This document shows positions 40,714-54,629 of a stretch of 64,000 nt of DNA, piece by piece. The number at the start of each line of letters is the position of its first letter. Positions within the stretch are counted from its first letter, which is position 1. Under the pieces are notes generated by a model that was not told the origin of the DNA, made no database searches, and saw only the letters and a list, made by a program, of their open reading frames with translations. Location: positions 23,746,001 through 23,810,000 of the forward strand of contig OX597828.1 of assembly GCA_951406725.2 (NCBI GenBank), written 5' to 3'. Made by a program: the position numbers and the translations under genes. This stretch comes from Octopus vulgaris. Its lineage: Eukaryota.

Positions 40714-41169
40714 TCTATATATACATGTGTATATAGTTGTAGATATAAATGTATATATGTATGCCTTTGTTTGTGTATACATATATGCACGCACGTATGT
40801 ATACATAAATAATATATATGTAAATATATGTATATACATACATATAAATATATGTATATATATGTATATACCCCCCCCCATATATATATATATATATATA
40901 TATGTATAAACATATACATATGCGCATGATTCTTCGTAACACGTCCAAGTTATAGCGAGGAATGTATATATTTCTAGCAGATATCTTCCTAAGGAATATA
41001 TGCATGTGATATTTGTATTTAAACATTTACATGCATTTATACATAATAGATACGCGTATATATGGAAACACAGCATCTATGAATTAATTATTCATACCTT
41101 TATGCATAAACTTAATTATGCATATAAATATTAATATAAGACGCATATATTTGCATGCCTATATACATA

Positions 41170-41200
<31 letters not shown>

Positions 41201-41333
41201 TTTATACATCTTATAATTAAGGGCTAAAGAAGGTTATTCTAAAGCCAATACACTGATTTATCCACTTATAATCCACTTGTTACAGGAAAATTGAACTGAA
41301 AGCGGGCAACTAACCTTTAGAAAATTAAAATTT

Positions 41334-41406
41334 CGTTATCTCTCTATTGAATCAATTTCGGAATTAATCCCTATGAAGGATACATTCTTCCTCAGTAGAG
41401 CTTACG
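41334..41406 (-). ncRNA. Type I hammerhead motif (minus-strand copy)
   Basis: CTCTA-CTGAGGA-AGAATGTATCCTTCATAGGGATTAATTCC-GAAA-TTGA T TCAA-TA/GAGAG; first stem I pair mismatched. Confidence 0.7.
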
Positions 41407-41912
41407 AGGGAATATAAATAAAATACTCACATGTGATCATGGGAAAAGCAGAAGCTAAAAACACAACTACATTTAAGTACATCATTTATATCTAAAAATA
41501 AAAATTCCTTGGTCAGTCTCAGAACAACGTGTTGACCTATCGCCGCTACATATTGTAATGGTTACCGGTCCCCTTGTAACAAGCAGTGAGTTTACTACTA
41601 ACAATATAGGATGAATTCCCTTTCTCTACAGAAAAGGATTCCATCAAAAAGCGTGGCAGTATATTAAAAAAACCTTTACCGTTGAAGTATAAACATCTTA
41701 TAATTAAGGGCTAAAGAAGGTTATTCTAAAGCCAATACTCTGATTTATCCACTTATAATCCACTTATTACAGGAAAATTGAACTGAACACGTTGTTCTGA
41801 GACTGACCAAGAAATTTTTATTTTTAGATATAAATGATGTACTTATATGTAGTTGTGTTTTTAGCTTCTGCTTTTTCCATGATCACATGTGAGCATTTTA
41901 TTTATATTCCCT

Positions 41913-41985
41913 CGTAAGCTCTACTGAAGAAGAATGTATCCTTTATAGGGATTAATTCCGAAATTGATTCAATATAGAGATAACG
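41913..41985 (+). ncRNA. Type I hammerhead motif with canonical core and long stem II
   Basis: CGTAAGCTCTA-CTGAAGA-A GAAT GT ATCCTT TAT AGGGAT TA ATTC C-GAAA-TTGA T TCAA-TA/TAGAGATAACG; predicted cut after 41974 (AUA). Confidence 0.8.
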
Positions 41986-42069
41986 AAATTTAAATTTTCT
42001 AAAAGTTAGTTGCTCGCTTTTTGATGGAATCCTTTTCTGTAGAGAAAGATACTTCATCCTATATTGTTA

Positions 42070-42142
<73 letters not shown>

Positions 42143-42445
42143 TGTGTGTGTGTGTGTGTGTGCTTAGATATATGTGGTTACATAAACATTTTTATATATG
42201 TATCTACAAAGTATATATACATACATATATGTACTTATATACTTACATATATATCCATAGATTTGCACACTTATGCTGAAATAATGGAACACACTCACGT
42301 ACGTTTCAATAAGCGTGCATGTGTTTCTGTGAAGGAGTATTTTATAATACGTAATTTATCTATTTTTTCTCTAGAAATAGGAAAGTACACTTAACATACG
42401 AATACACATATCTAAGAAAAGCCATACGTACATGGAAACACACAT

Positions 42446-42518
<73 letters not shown>

Positions 42519-42970
42519 CTGACACTTAGAGGCGCTCACGAGATGACACCCGAACTAAGCACTGATTCAGACTCTGTGTATCTCCTAGGAATTATTTTCT
42601 CATATATAACAGCATATCAACATATTCGTATATGCATTCCTAGGAGTAGACACACACACAGACACACGCCACGCACACGCGCACTCACACACCCTTACAC
42701 ACACAAACATATACATATATATATATGTATTGATATATATATATATATATATATGTAATGTATATTATATATATATGTATTATTTATATATATATCATAT
42801 ATATTATTTATATATATATAATAGTAGGGAATATATATTACTACTCTTTACTATTCATTATTTTTGTACTTTATTGATTTTTAGAATAAGGTTTTTTATA
42901 GTATGTTTTCTATATGGTGTGAATAACATCTTTCATTATTGTTTAATATATGTTGTTTCTCTAAATTATA

Positions 42971-43496
42971 TCATCATCATCATCATCATTATCCTCATCG
43001 TTTAACGTTCGCTTTCCATGCTAGCATGGGTTGGACGTGTGACTGAGGGCTGGCGAACCAGATGGTTGCACCAGGCTTCAATCTTGATCTGGCAGAGTTT
43101 CTACTACTGGATGCCCTTCCTAACGCCAACCACTCCGTGTAGAGGGTGATTTTACGTGCCACCGGCACGGAGCCAGTCAGGCGGTACTAGCAACGACCTC
43201 GCTCGAATCTTTTACACATGCAACCAGTAGGCAATGCTGGTAACGATCACACTCGAATGGTGATTTTTACGTGGCACCGGTACGGAGGCCAGATAACCGC
43301 TCTGGCAATGATGACGCTCGTATGGTGCTCTTAATACCCTACTAGCATGGGTCTCGAGTGCCAGTAGTATGCTCTTTGCACCCCACTAGCATGGACGCCA
43401 GTCATCGAATTTGATTTTGATTTTTGATTTCACTTGCCTCAACAGGTCTTCGCAAGCAGAGTTTTAGTGTCCAAAGAAGGCAAGGTACGCATAAGT

Positions 43497-43500
<4 letters not shown>
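42971..43500 (-). mobile_element. Non-autonomous retroelement or LINE 3' region with (GAT)n tail and ~60-bp internal subrepeats (probably RTE-related)
   Basis: Minus strand GGTTGGCGTTAGGAAGGGCATCCAG...CCAACCCATGCTAGCATGGAAAGCGAACGTTAAACGATGA(G/T)GAT...; repeated TTTTACGTGCCACCGG-type units. Confidence 0.6.
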
Positions 43501-43557
<57 letters not shown>

Positions 43558-43718
43558 CTGTGTTCGTACGTACCTTTGTAAGGAAGAACAGAATTAAGGC
43601 CAGAACATTGATAAACAAATAGATACTAGAATATTCATATATGCATGTAGATATATGTGTGTGTGTGTTTGTGTGTGTGTACATATGTAAGAGCGTGTAT
43701 GTATACAGAGAGAGAGAT

Positions 43719-43749
<31 letters not shown>

Positions 43750-43959
43750 TGGGAGAGAGAAAGGGAGAGAGAAAGAGAGAGAGTGAAAGAGAAAAGAGAC
43801 AGCTACATGTATGTATCTATTTGCCAATTTATATCTCCAGTGACATAAGATTGGCCATTGAAAAAGGTGATTACTCACGCGGTGCACCGACAGGCCCACA
43901 GCCTTCAGGATAAAACGTATAAAAGAATAACAGAATATGTGCTTATGTGTGTATATGTA

Positions 43960-43994
<35 letters not shown>

Positions 43995-44195
43995 TTATAT
44001 ATATATATATATATATGCGTGTGCGTATACACATATATATATAGACATATATATATATGCATATGTATGTATATATATATAAGTGCGTGTGCGTGTGTGT
44101 GTGTGTGTGTATTTATGTATGTATATACATGCATAAATGCAGATACACAAACATATTCATTAATTTATCTATCTATCTATTTATCTCTCTCTCTC

Positions 44196-44326
<131 letters not shown>

Positions 44327-44450
44327 CATATAGATAGATAGATAGATATACATACATATATGTATATGTATATATATATGTAGAGAGAGACAGAGAGAGA
44401 GGTAGATAGATAGATATGTATACATATATATAGTCACACCACACACACAC

Positions 44451-44485
<35 letters not shown>

Positions 44486-44893
44486 CATATATATATACAT
44501 TTATATATATATATATACATATATATATATACACGCACGCACACACAATTTAGATATGAATGTTTGTAAGAAGAGTAACAATGAACAATTAATTACTCCA
44601 TCCTCAGCGGAACTAGACTGAATCAGACCAAAGATGAGAATAATTTGGAAACAAACTGTTCTGATCAATAGCCGTATATGGCAAGGTTATTGCTGTGAAT
44701 TATTCATCATTCGGGTGTATTTATAGACATCACCCAAAGAAATGTCTCCTACGATGACGTACTGCAAATTAATATCCACAATGATCATATAATGTATCCA
44801 TACATAAAAATATACATACATACATACATACGTATATACATAAAGACATGCATATATACACATATACATATATGTATACATATATATATAAAT

Positions 44894-44956
<63 letters not shown>

Positions 44957-45232
44957 GTATGTGTATGTGTGTTTGTCTGTAGGTATGTATATATGGGATA
45001 TTAGGAGTCACAATACCACTTGGATATTATTAACAGTTGTGTTGTTATTGTTGTTGTTGTTTTGTGTTATTTTTGACTGTTGTTGTTATTGTTGCTGTTT
45101 ATAAATTTCTTTCTTTCTTTTTTTGTCTTGCTGTCGCCTCTTATGATATGTTTCGGTTAATAATGACCTCTGAGGCAGGCAAGATAAACGGATATCATTT
45201 CTGAATAGCTTTCTATCACATACACACAGGCA

Positions 45233-45308
<76 letters not shown>

Positions 45309-47005
45309 CTCCTTGGCTTTCTCTGCCCCCCTCTCTCTCTTTCTTTGCGTATCTCTCTCTGTGCCTCTCAGTATATATACATACTTCCTTTTACTGAAAC
45401 TCTTTCCTATCACTTCATTTATCCCCTTCCTATATCCTCTTCTTTTCTCTATCTCTTCATTTATCCTCTTCTTTACTCCATCCTTCTTACTTTATCTTTT
45501 TTCCTTCCCGTTCACTTTTGCTAGCTCTAGCTTCTCTCTCTCTCTTTCCTCTTTCAATCATTTCGTTCTCTCTTCGCTCTCTCACACTATCATTTACTCT
45601 CAACCACGCCTATTGGAAAAAAAAAAGAAACAAACAAAATTTGTATATCGGTCAGGACGGAAATGAGTAGCCATTACCTAGAAAAGAAAATGGCGACCAC
45701 TCATTACACTCATATACATACATGCTTGCACGTGTATATATATATATAAATATATCCATACATACATACATACATACATACATACATACATACATACATA
45801 CATACAGGCATACATATATCTATATATATATATATATGTTTGTATATATATATGTCCGCTGGTGTATTCTGCCGTCCGTTTAATATTCACGATAGCGAGA
45901 TTGCATTTAATCATACACATTTAGTTCCCGAATACTTGACGGCAAGAAAATTATGTGTTCTATTCTATATACATGGAATTAATATGTTATTGAAGAGGAA
46001 AATAGCGATAAGAGTAAAATGAAATACAAGAGAAAATATCTGAAGATATGGTAATGTTTCCAAGCATCAATTAGTGTTTATGTAATACAAGGTTAAATTG
46101 TTCTATAATGATATCCCTGGATATTAGTTATATAAAGCGACGTGCAATACTTATCTAATTATGAATAGGGGTTCGTTATGTTTTAAAGTTTCTTATGTTT
46201 TATCGTTTAAAGCGGTGTAAAACGGAATAATTCAGCGTTTATTATATGTGTAGGAATGTGCAGGACGTCTGTCATTTGTTGGCAATCGAGGAAAAAGTTA
46301 GTTTGAATTATGGTTTGTCAATGATTATGGGTTTCCAATACTTGCCAAAAATTCCATCCCTAATAATATGCATTGCTCCCCCTTATTTCCATCCCTGCAT
46401 ATAGCATTTAGGTTATAAGTGGTCGTTTAGTGTTGGTGAACTTCTACTTGCGGTAATATCTCCGGTGGCATTACGGTGCTAGGTTTGTATCGTATTTAAC
46501 TATCAGACCCTTGTCGAAGGAACTTATCCAACAGCCGCAATTGTCATCTTCACATTTTTGTCCATCCACGGAAAAAACAAACATGAATAAATTCGAATAA
46601 ACAGTTTGTCAGAAAGATCAATACCATTCCATTGTATTGACAAGGTTCCTGTTTATAACCATGGCTAACCGAGCGGTTATGGATTTGATGGTTTATTAGA
46701 AATAGATCCGCGTACGTGCAATCAATATTTTGCTATTTCTTCACCCAAGCTCTTGGATTAATAGATCTAGTATTTCTGTGTATAAAATGCAGCTTATCTA
46801 AGTGAAGTCTGTCTCATCTCTACATCCGTCCCTCTTGGATGTCAAAGCAAGATAGCAATTCTGATTGCAGCAACACAGAAGTTATAAACCAATGAATCAC
46901 GTATGAAAATGAGTTCAACTGCCTTTAGATGCCATCTATATCAAACTCAGATATCTGGGAACTCTGTTTTATATGAACACAATGTTATAGATATAAATAT
47001 AGATG

Positions 47006-47114
47006 CAGTAATCCCTCGATTATCGCGGGTTTTACGTTCCAAAACCTACCGCGATAGGTGAACTGGGATAGGTGAACCGCGATAGATGAACTGCAATACA
47101 ACGAGTGATCACTG
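47006..47114. mobile_element. Tigger/pogo-like MITE (109 bp)
   Basis: TIR CAGTAATCCCTCG vs reverse complement CAGTGATCACTCG; TA follows the right end; three internal CCGCGATAGGTGAA-like repeats. Confidence 0.7.
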
Positions 47115-47187
47115 TATATACATATGCTCACAATTACACACGCTTGTACATACATACATTTATACATACATGCACACACAGAGAGGC

Positions 47188-47257
<70 letters not shown>

Positions 47258-47271
47258 ATACATATATGTAT

Positions 47272-47661
47272 ACTCTTTTACTCTTTTACTTTTTTCAGTC
47301 ATTTGACTGCAGCCATGCTTGAGCACCGCCTTTAGTCGAGAAAATCGACCCCAGGACTTATTCTTTGTAAGCCTAGTACTTATTCTATCGGTTTTTTTGC
47401 CGAACCGCTATGTTACGGGTACGTAAACACACCAGCATCGGTTGTCAAGCGATTTTGGCGTGGTGGGGAACAAACACACACACATATATATATACATATA
47501 CATATATACGACGGGCTTCTTTCAGTTTCCGTCTACCAAATCCCCTCAGAAGGTTTTGGACGGCCAGAGGCTATAGTAGAAGGCACTTGCCCAAGGTGCT
47601 ACGCAGTGGGACTGAACCCGAAACCATGTGGTTGGTAAGCAAGCTACTTACCACACAGCCT
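47272..47661 (-). mobile_element. SINE family A
   Basis: Aligns to the 9567 and 14364 copies. Confidence 0.9.
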
Positions 47662-47684
47662 CCTTCTATCATTTGACATATACA

Positions 47685-47720
<36 letters not shown>

Positions 47721-47771
47721 TGTATATATGTATGTATGTATGTATGTATGTACACATATGCAAACAATTGC

Positions 47772-48078
47772 TCACACATATTGCACCAAGAAAGTTGCTC
47801 TCCCAGGCACAAAACGGGCAAGGTTGTTTATGGAAGACCAGCAGTCGGCCTTGCAAACCAGCCTCCCCTCTATCCGCCACCGGTGTTATCCAAGTGAAAG
47901 GAAAAGGCCGACACAGCTTGGCACTTGTGACGTCGTAACTCATTTCTACCGCTGAATGAACTGGAGGAACGTGAAATAAAGTGTCTTGCTCAAGAACACA
48001 ACACGCAGCCCGGCCCGGCATTCGAACTCAAAACCTCACGATCGTAAGCTCGACGCTCTAACCACTGAGCCATGCCCC
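47772..48078 (-). mobile_element. SINE family B, full length
   Basis: Minus strand GGGGCATGGCTCAGTGGTTAGAGCGTCGAGCTTACGATCGTGAGGTTTTGAGTTCGAATGCCGG (A and B boxes), then TTGTGTTCTTGAGCAAGACACTTTATTTCACG. Confidence 0.85.
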
Positions 48079-48199
48079 TTCGCATTGAAACAGTATATTG
48101 GATAAAACACAAAACAAGAAGACAGGGAATTGGATCGTAAAAGATCTATAAATAGAAAAGGGTGAATAAGGACGTCCAGAGTTGTGCTGAAGAATTTCA

Positions 48200-48750
48200 G
48201 AGTACATAACCAAAGCACGTCAGGTGTAGTGATGACAGATTTCGAGGTACATGGCCATTATGAAGGAGCCACGGTCCAGAGACCTGAAAGCTGACGTAGG
48301 TAATTTATCCATACTACGATAGTTCCCACCAGGAAGAAAGAATTCCAAAATTCATAAATGCAGTACTTTATTTTTGATTTTATAAGCTTGTCGACGAGCA
48401 GTATTCATATTAGTCTGAAAAAGGGGGGTCAAAGTTGTTTGTTGGAAAGGTGGTGGATAATTTTGTGCACTTCTATCAAGTAAGGTGCTTGATGTCGAAA
48501 CATTAGTTTCTCTCTTCCCCAGAAAGTGACATATCCGTCCGGTTGCACGACTGATTCCAGTTGATCGATATTCTGAACAGGATGGATGATCCAGAGAGGA
48601 GATGAAAACTGTCAGTATGGCGGTATCATAGTCATATATAGCCAGTGAGCAGCTGATAAATGTCTTACTAAGTGTTGCCAAGACACCTTCGAATATTTCG
48701 CCAATTTTAGAAATGTGGTTCGTCTAACGACAGGCTAAAGTTAGAGTTAC
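48200..48750 (-). pseudogene. Highly degenerate CR1-like LINE 3' ORF fragment
   Basis: Frame-broken motifs QNIDQLESV, ATGRI and LIEVHKIIH. Confidence 0.5.
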
Positions 48751-48932
48751 TTTCACTAACAAACTTCTAAATGTTGATGTTATGGCGAAAGAGATGGGGG
48801 AGAGACAGAAAGAGAAAAAGAGAGGAGGAGAAGACGAGAGACAGAAAGAAAGAAAGAAAGAGAGAGAAAGAAAGAAAGAACGTGAGAGAGAGAAATAGAG
48901 TGAGAGAGAAATAAAATGGATGAGTGTGTTGA

Positions 48933-48992
<60 letters not shown>

Positions 48993-49069
48993 GATAGAGT
49001 TCATATTTTCCATCTCAGATTGTATAGTAATGTACTTATAGAAATCTTGAGATACTAGTCAGCTGTAAT

Positions 49070-49362
49070 ATGAGCTCGAATCCCGGACCGGGCTGCGTGT
49101 TGTGTTCTTGAGCAAGGCACTTTATTTCACGTTGCTCCAGTTCACTCAGCTGTAGAAATGAGTTGCGACGTCACAGGTGCCAAGCTGTATCGACCTTTGT
49201 CTTTCCCTTGGATAACACTGGTGGCGTGGAGAGGGGAGGCTGGTATGCATGGGCGACTGCTGGTCTTCCATAAACAACCTTGCCCGGACTTGTGTCTAGG
49301 AGGGTAACTTTCTAGGTGCAATCCCATGGTCATTCATGACCGAAGGGGGTCTTTACACTTTA
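49070..49362 (+). mobile_element. SINE family B, 5'-truncated
   Basis: Inverted relative to, and highly similar to, 47772-48030. Confidence 0.85.
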
Positions 49363-49971
49363 CGCAGCAAGAAAGACCTAAGGCGTATATAGCATACTGA
49401 ATACTTCCAAATTTAAGTTTGGGATATGCAGTAAGTTTACGTGGAGCCGATTCTTGCATGCGGCCCAGATTGAACGGGACATACGGTAAATGATAATAGT
49501 GCCATCTGCAAATTCGTAAAATGCATGTCAGTTTGGGCCTTAAAGCTTAGTATAATATGAGCTTCAATCAGCTTAATTCCATTGCGATCGTCCAGTTTGG
49601 TAGACGGAGTTTTATTTGTGACCCATGAAAGATACATTTTGAATGGTTAGAGCGACATTGGAGTCGTATAGAAGGAACGCTGAGAGCAATTTCAGATTCT
49701 GTGGTAAATAGCTGATACAAAGTGTTACTAATACCGAAAGTTTTACAACGAAACTCTGAGTGTATGAAATCACAAGTAATGAAATCTAAAGTAACTATTT
49801 TCCTAGATGCAGATGTGGTTTTGTGAAGAATCTACCTGTCTTAGGTAGCTTCTTAGGAGACGGTTAACAATTCCAAGTAGAAGTATTGATGTGTGTTTAT
49901 AGATATTGCACAAAATGCCACTTGTTGCGAGTTGCAGCTAGCCATGCTTAAACTCCACAGAAATGTAATGA

Positions 49972-50023
<52 letters not shown>

Positions 50024-50294
50024 TCGTTATAAATTCATAAGTCAGAAAAAGAGCATAGCCAATAAAAATAGACCAGTTGTTTATTTTTGTATGTAAAGTA
50101 ACAGTTTTAGAGAAATACCATTAGTTTAATATATACCGTGAACTAGACTTGTTTTCAGTTTCTCTAAACGATAACTATTCTCTGTAAAGAATGTTTTTTA
50201 AAAACACGAGAATGCCGGTGATAGTTGAAGAAATATCCCTCTTAAAAATTATAGCTAAGTTTTCCAGTTTGAGGTAAAAATTTCCGAAAATGTG

Positions 50295-50480
50295 CGTTTA
50301 CGTTCTTTACGTACTGAGTTCAAATTCTTTACGTTCTGAGTTCAAATTGCGCCGAAGTTAACTTTGCCTTCCATCCTTTCGGGGACGATACGTTAAGTAC
50401 CAGTTGCGTATTGGTGCTGATTTAATCGACTGCCCACTCCTCCCCAAATATTTCGGACTTTCTGCCTAGGGTAGAAAGGA
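50295..50480 (+). mobile_element. SINE family M, 5'-truncated
   Basis: Meta-like domain CTTTGCCTTCCATCCTTTCGGGGACGATACGTTAAGTACCAG. Confidence 0.75.
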
Positions 50481-50828
50481 ATATATAGACAAACACATGC
50501 ACCCATCCACCCCGCATACTCGCACTCACATATGTATATTTTATGTATCTTTGCAATGATTTAATGATCAATTTCGTCATTACTCACAAAAACGCAGGTT
50601 CCATCAAATAATAACATGATGAATATCGATCTTGCTTGACTTAAGCTAAAGGTTAAAAAAAATGCAATAGCAACTTCTTATACACGAACAGAAATATATA
50701 CACGACGCATAACACACACTCGGTCACGCGCACACATACACAAACACATACATACATACATACATACATACATACATACATACATACATACATGCATACA
50801 TACATTCATACATGCATGCATGCATACA

Positions 50829-50963
<135 letters not shown>

Positions 50964-51277
50964 GCAGGTGCCGGTACATGTTTATATAAGAAGGGCCTAG
51001 TAACGTCACTATTCTGGTTCTATATAAATTGCTGTGGATACTTAAAGAAGTCGATTAAAAAACCTCAATTTATTAAAGCATAAGTAAACACTGGTTTAAA
51101 GATTTCTTAATCTGGTTACGACGTTTTATTCTCTACAGGGACGAGAGCGATCGAAGCAAATACAATTTGTCAACCTAGAAACATGTATATACTTACACAC
51201 ATACACACACAAATGCACGAACAAATGAGTGATTCTCTGTGTGTATGTGTGTATGTGTGTGCGCGAGCTTATAAACA

Positions 51278-51338
<61 letters not shown>

Positions 51339-51741
51339 TATATATATATTTATATATACATATATATATGTATGTATGTATGTATGTATATAAACAAAAC
51401 AGGGAGGGAGAGTGAGAGAAAGGGGAAGAGAGATAGAGAGAGAGAGTGCGTAGGGGTGAGAGAGAACTATCGAGAGAATATTAAAAAATAACCAAATGCA
51501 AATTCGTATGCAGGTATGCAAATATAACATACCTACCTATGTGTATACTTTATGTGTATACATACGTTTATATAAATACAAAAACGAAGAACAAACACAA
51601 AAAGTAACAACGCGAGGACTGGGAAAGAATCAAAAGTGGTTTTACATTTCATGCACAAGTAGATAGAGGAAAGTTCAATGCAAGTAAGACGGCGGTGGAA
51701 AAAAAACAGAAGGCCAACGATTCACAAGTGGTTACATTTTG

Positions 51742-51808
<67 letters not shown>

Positions 51809-51814
51809 TATATA

Positions 51815-52047
51815 TATGTGTGTGTTTGTGTGTCTGTGCCGGTGTTTGTCCTCCTACCATCGCTTGACAACTGATGTTGTTGTGTTTAGGTCCCCCATAA
51901 TCTAGCGGTTCGGCATAAGAGACCAATTGAATAAGTAGCAAGTTTACAAAAAATACATCCAGGGATCGATTTCTTCGACTAATAAGGCGGTGCCCCAGCA
52001 TAGCCACAGTTAAAAATGACTGAAACAAGTAAAAGAATAAAAGAATA
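51815..52047 (+). mobile_element. SINE family A 3' half
   Basis: ...GGCGGTGCCCCAGCATAGCCACAGTTAAAAATGACTGAAACAAGTAAAAGAATAAAAG. Confidence 0.8.
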
Positions 52048-52137
<90 letters not shown>

Positions 52138-52142
52138 ATATA

Positions 52143-52373
52143 TGTTCGTTAGCCACTACACGCATTTTTTCTCTCTTATTTTCTCTCTTTTTTTTTCTCT
52201 CCGTTTTTGTCTCCTTGCTTCTCTCCTTGTTTTTTCTGTGTCCCTTTATGTAGAAGAGCGTAGGCTCGAAACGTAAAATACTTTTTTTCTATTCCTGAGC
52301 GTTAGACTAATACATTTGTTCTGTTTGCTTTGTACACCACCTGTCTTCGTCTTTTGTTTTTTTCGTAAACTCT

Positions 52374-52377
<4 letters not shown>
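52143..52377 (+). mobile_element. Short PLE-derived element with a hammerhead remnant at 52244-52279
   Basis: CTTT-ATGTAGA-A-GAGC GTAG GCTC-GAAA-CG-TA-AAA; C3 mutated; flanked by TATC/TA repeats. Confidence 0.55.
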
Positions 52378-52410
<33 letters not shown>

Positions 52411-52737
52411 TACATACATATATGTATATTTATATATATATTTGTGCGTGTGTATGTTTGTGTGCGTAGTCAATCAATGTTTAATAGCGACTAAGATCAT
52501 TCGATCGATCTGGGAGTAGGCTAAGTGATTAATTTTGAAGCCTAAACTGACATTGCCAATTGCAGGTTCCGTTGCGATTGATCTGATTGTTTTTCATACG
52601 ACTCTATTTCTAAGATTATTGATTCTTAATCTGTGTTTTGACAACTCATAGACATTTATCGATCTTTGCTACGATATTTCCTTAGACAAACGCTTCAAGA
52701 AAAGTACATTTCTCACGTTGGCTGCTTTCTTAGAATT

Positions 52738-52930
<193 letters not shown>

Positions 52931-53096
52931 GGCATCATCTGCGTCATCTCCATCATGTGAATCTTCACTTGCTCAACTTGATTCAATCTTTTCTGATGGT
53001 TTTCGATTTTTCCGGTCATTTTTTTCTGTCTAATGAAAAATCTCGTGCATACACATACAACTGCACCAACACACATAAACACTTAAACTTATTCAC

Positions 53097-53128
<32 letters not shown>

Positions 53129-53463
53129 GCTCACACACACTCACGCATACAAACACATATACACACATATATATATATATATATGTATAACAACATATAT
53201 TTGTATATTTGTTCGTGGAAGTAAGATATACCTTGATCAATAAGTTTATATGAGTATATGATGTGAGTGTGCGTGCGTATGTATGTGTGTATGTGTCTGT
53301 ATTTTTGCATCCTCCGCCTATATATAAAATTGACGGATAAACATGAACATATGTATGCGTGTACATATATCTGTGTATGTATGTATGTATGTATGTATGT
53401 ATGTATGTATGTATGTATGTATGTATGTATGTATGTATGTATGTATATATATATATATAATAT

Positions 53464-53529
<66 letters not shown>

Positions 53530-53538
<9 letters not shown>

Positions 53539-53860
53539 ATATGTTGCATTTACTCAATAGTCAAGATAAAACTCTGAGTTTCAGATGTCGAAGTGGAAAT
53601 CCACAACACCATCTCTTCGGTTATCTGGCCATCTGAAAAACGCTATGAAAAAGTACCGTTATATAAAGGGAAATTACTGTGTTATAATTCTGCTCGCGAA
53701 CCCACGTGCGTACTTATACGTCACTATGAAAACGTACACATCTTCACTCGCATTTTTCGACAAATATATACGCATATATATACAAACTCACACACACACA
53801 TGCTTACCGTAAAAGTTCATACATACGTCTATATATGCACAAGCACAAGAAAAACCATGG
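53530..53860 (-). mobile_element. PLE-type terminal repeat (homologue of 14782-15280)
   Basis: Shared sequence blocks; abuts (TA)n. Confidence 0.65.
53560..53629 (-). ncRNA. Hammerhead-like motif, CCGAAGA core, long stem II
   Basis: GCCAGATAA-CCGAAGA-GATG GTGTT GTGGA TT TCCAC TTCGA CATC T-GAAA-CTC A GAG-TT/TTATC. Confidence 0.6.
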
Positions 53861-54495
53861 TTAAAGGTAACAGAAAAAAACATAAGGAAGTATACAAAGC
53901 ATAAAAACCACGTTCATATACGGACATGCCCCTATGCACTCATACACACACACGCCCATTAATGTACATACCCGCACGTATTTATATACGCATACATATA
54001 CACGCATATACAAAAAATGAATATATATATGCCCTCCCCCCAAAGGAAAAACGTCTATATATATATGTGCATTCTTATGCCCGCACACACGCACACATCT
54101 AAAACTGCCCACTCATACATATTCACCCACGTGTACAAATAAATCTATATACACATCTATATAGGCACAGGAAAAAATGCAGGATAGAAAAGTACAGAAA
54201 AAATTAATGTGTGAAAACATAAAAATATATGAAATAATAAAAGGTATAATGAGATAAAAAACTTTTTGGGACATAATATAGAAAGCAAGTTCTATCTGTT
54301 TTCTTTAGGGGACCAAAAACGTAGCAAAATTTTAGTCACATATGGGCATGATCCGAAAAGTCATCAATATAATTGAATAAAGTTCTTTCTTTGTATGAAA
54401 AAAATCACTTTCATTTCACACTAAAAACCGAAATTATTTTCTTGCCAACCCAATACACACATACACACACACGCACACACACACAGACACATACA

Positions 54496-54581
<86 letters not shown>

Positions 54582-54629
54582 GAGAGAAAGAGATGTGTGC
54601 ATGTATATTTATATATGGATGTATATATA

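Larger units (their letters stand above)
41207..42073. mobile_element. Rearranged hammerhead-containing repeat: A-B-C-D-A-rc(B)-rc(C, partial)
   Basis: A is a ~94-bp direct repeat (41207-41300, 41694-41787). B (41299-41533) is inverted at 41786-42020. C (41534-41653) is partly inverted at 42015-42073. Confidence 0.85.

Noticed and set aside
48010-48078. tRNA-like sequence with A and B boxes
   Set aside because: Continues into the SINE body and recurs in diverged copies; a SINE head, not a tRNA gene.
49705-49770. CTGATAC...GAAACTCTGAGTG hammerhead-like string
   Set aside because: Core incomplete, G at the cleavage position and no convincing stems I/II; at most a far-decayed remnant.
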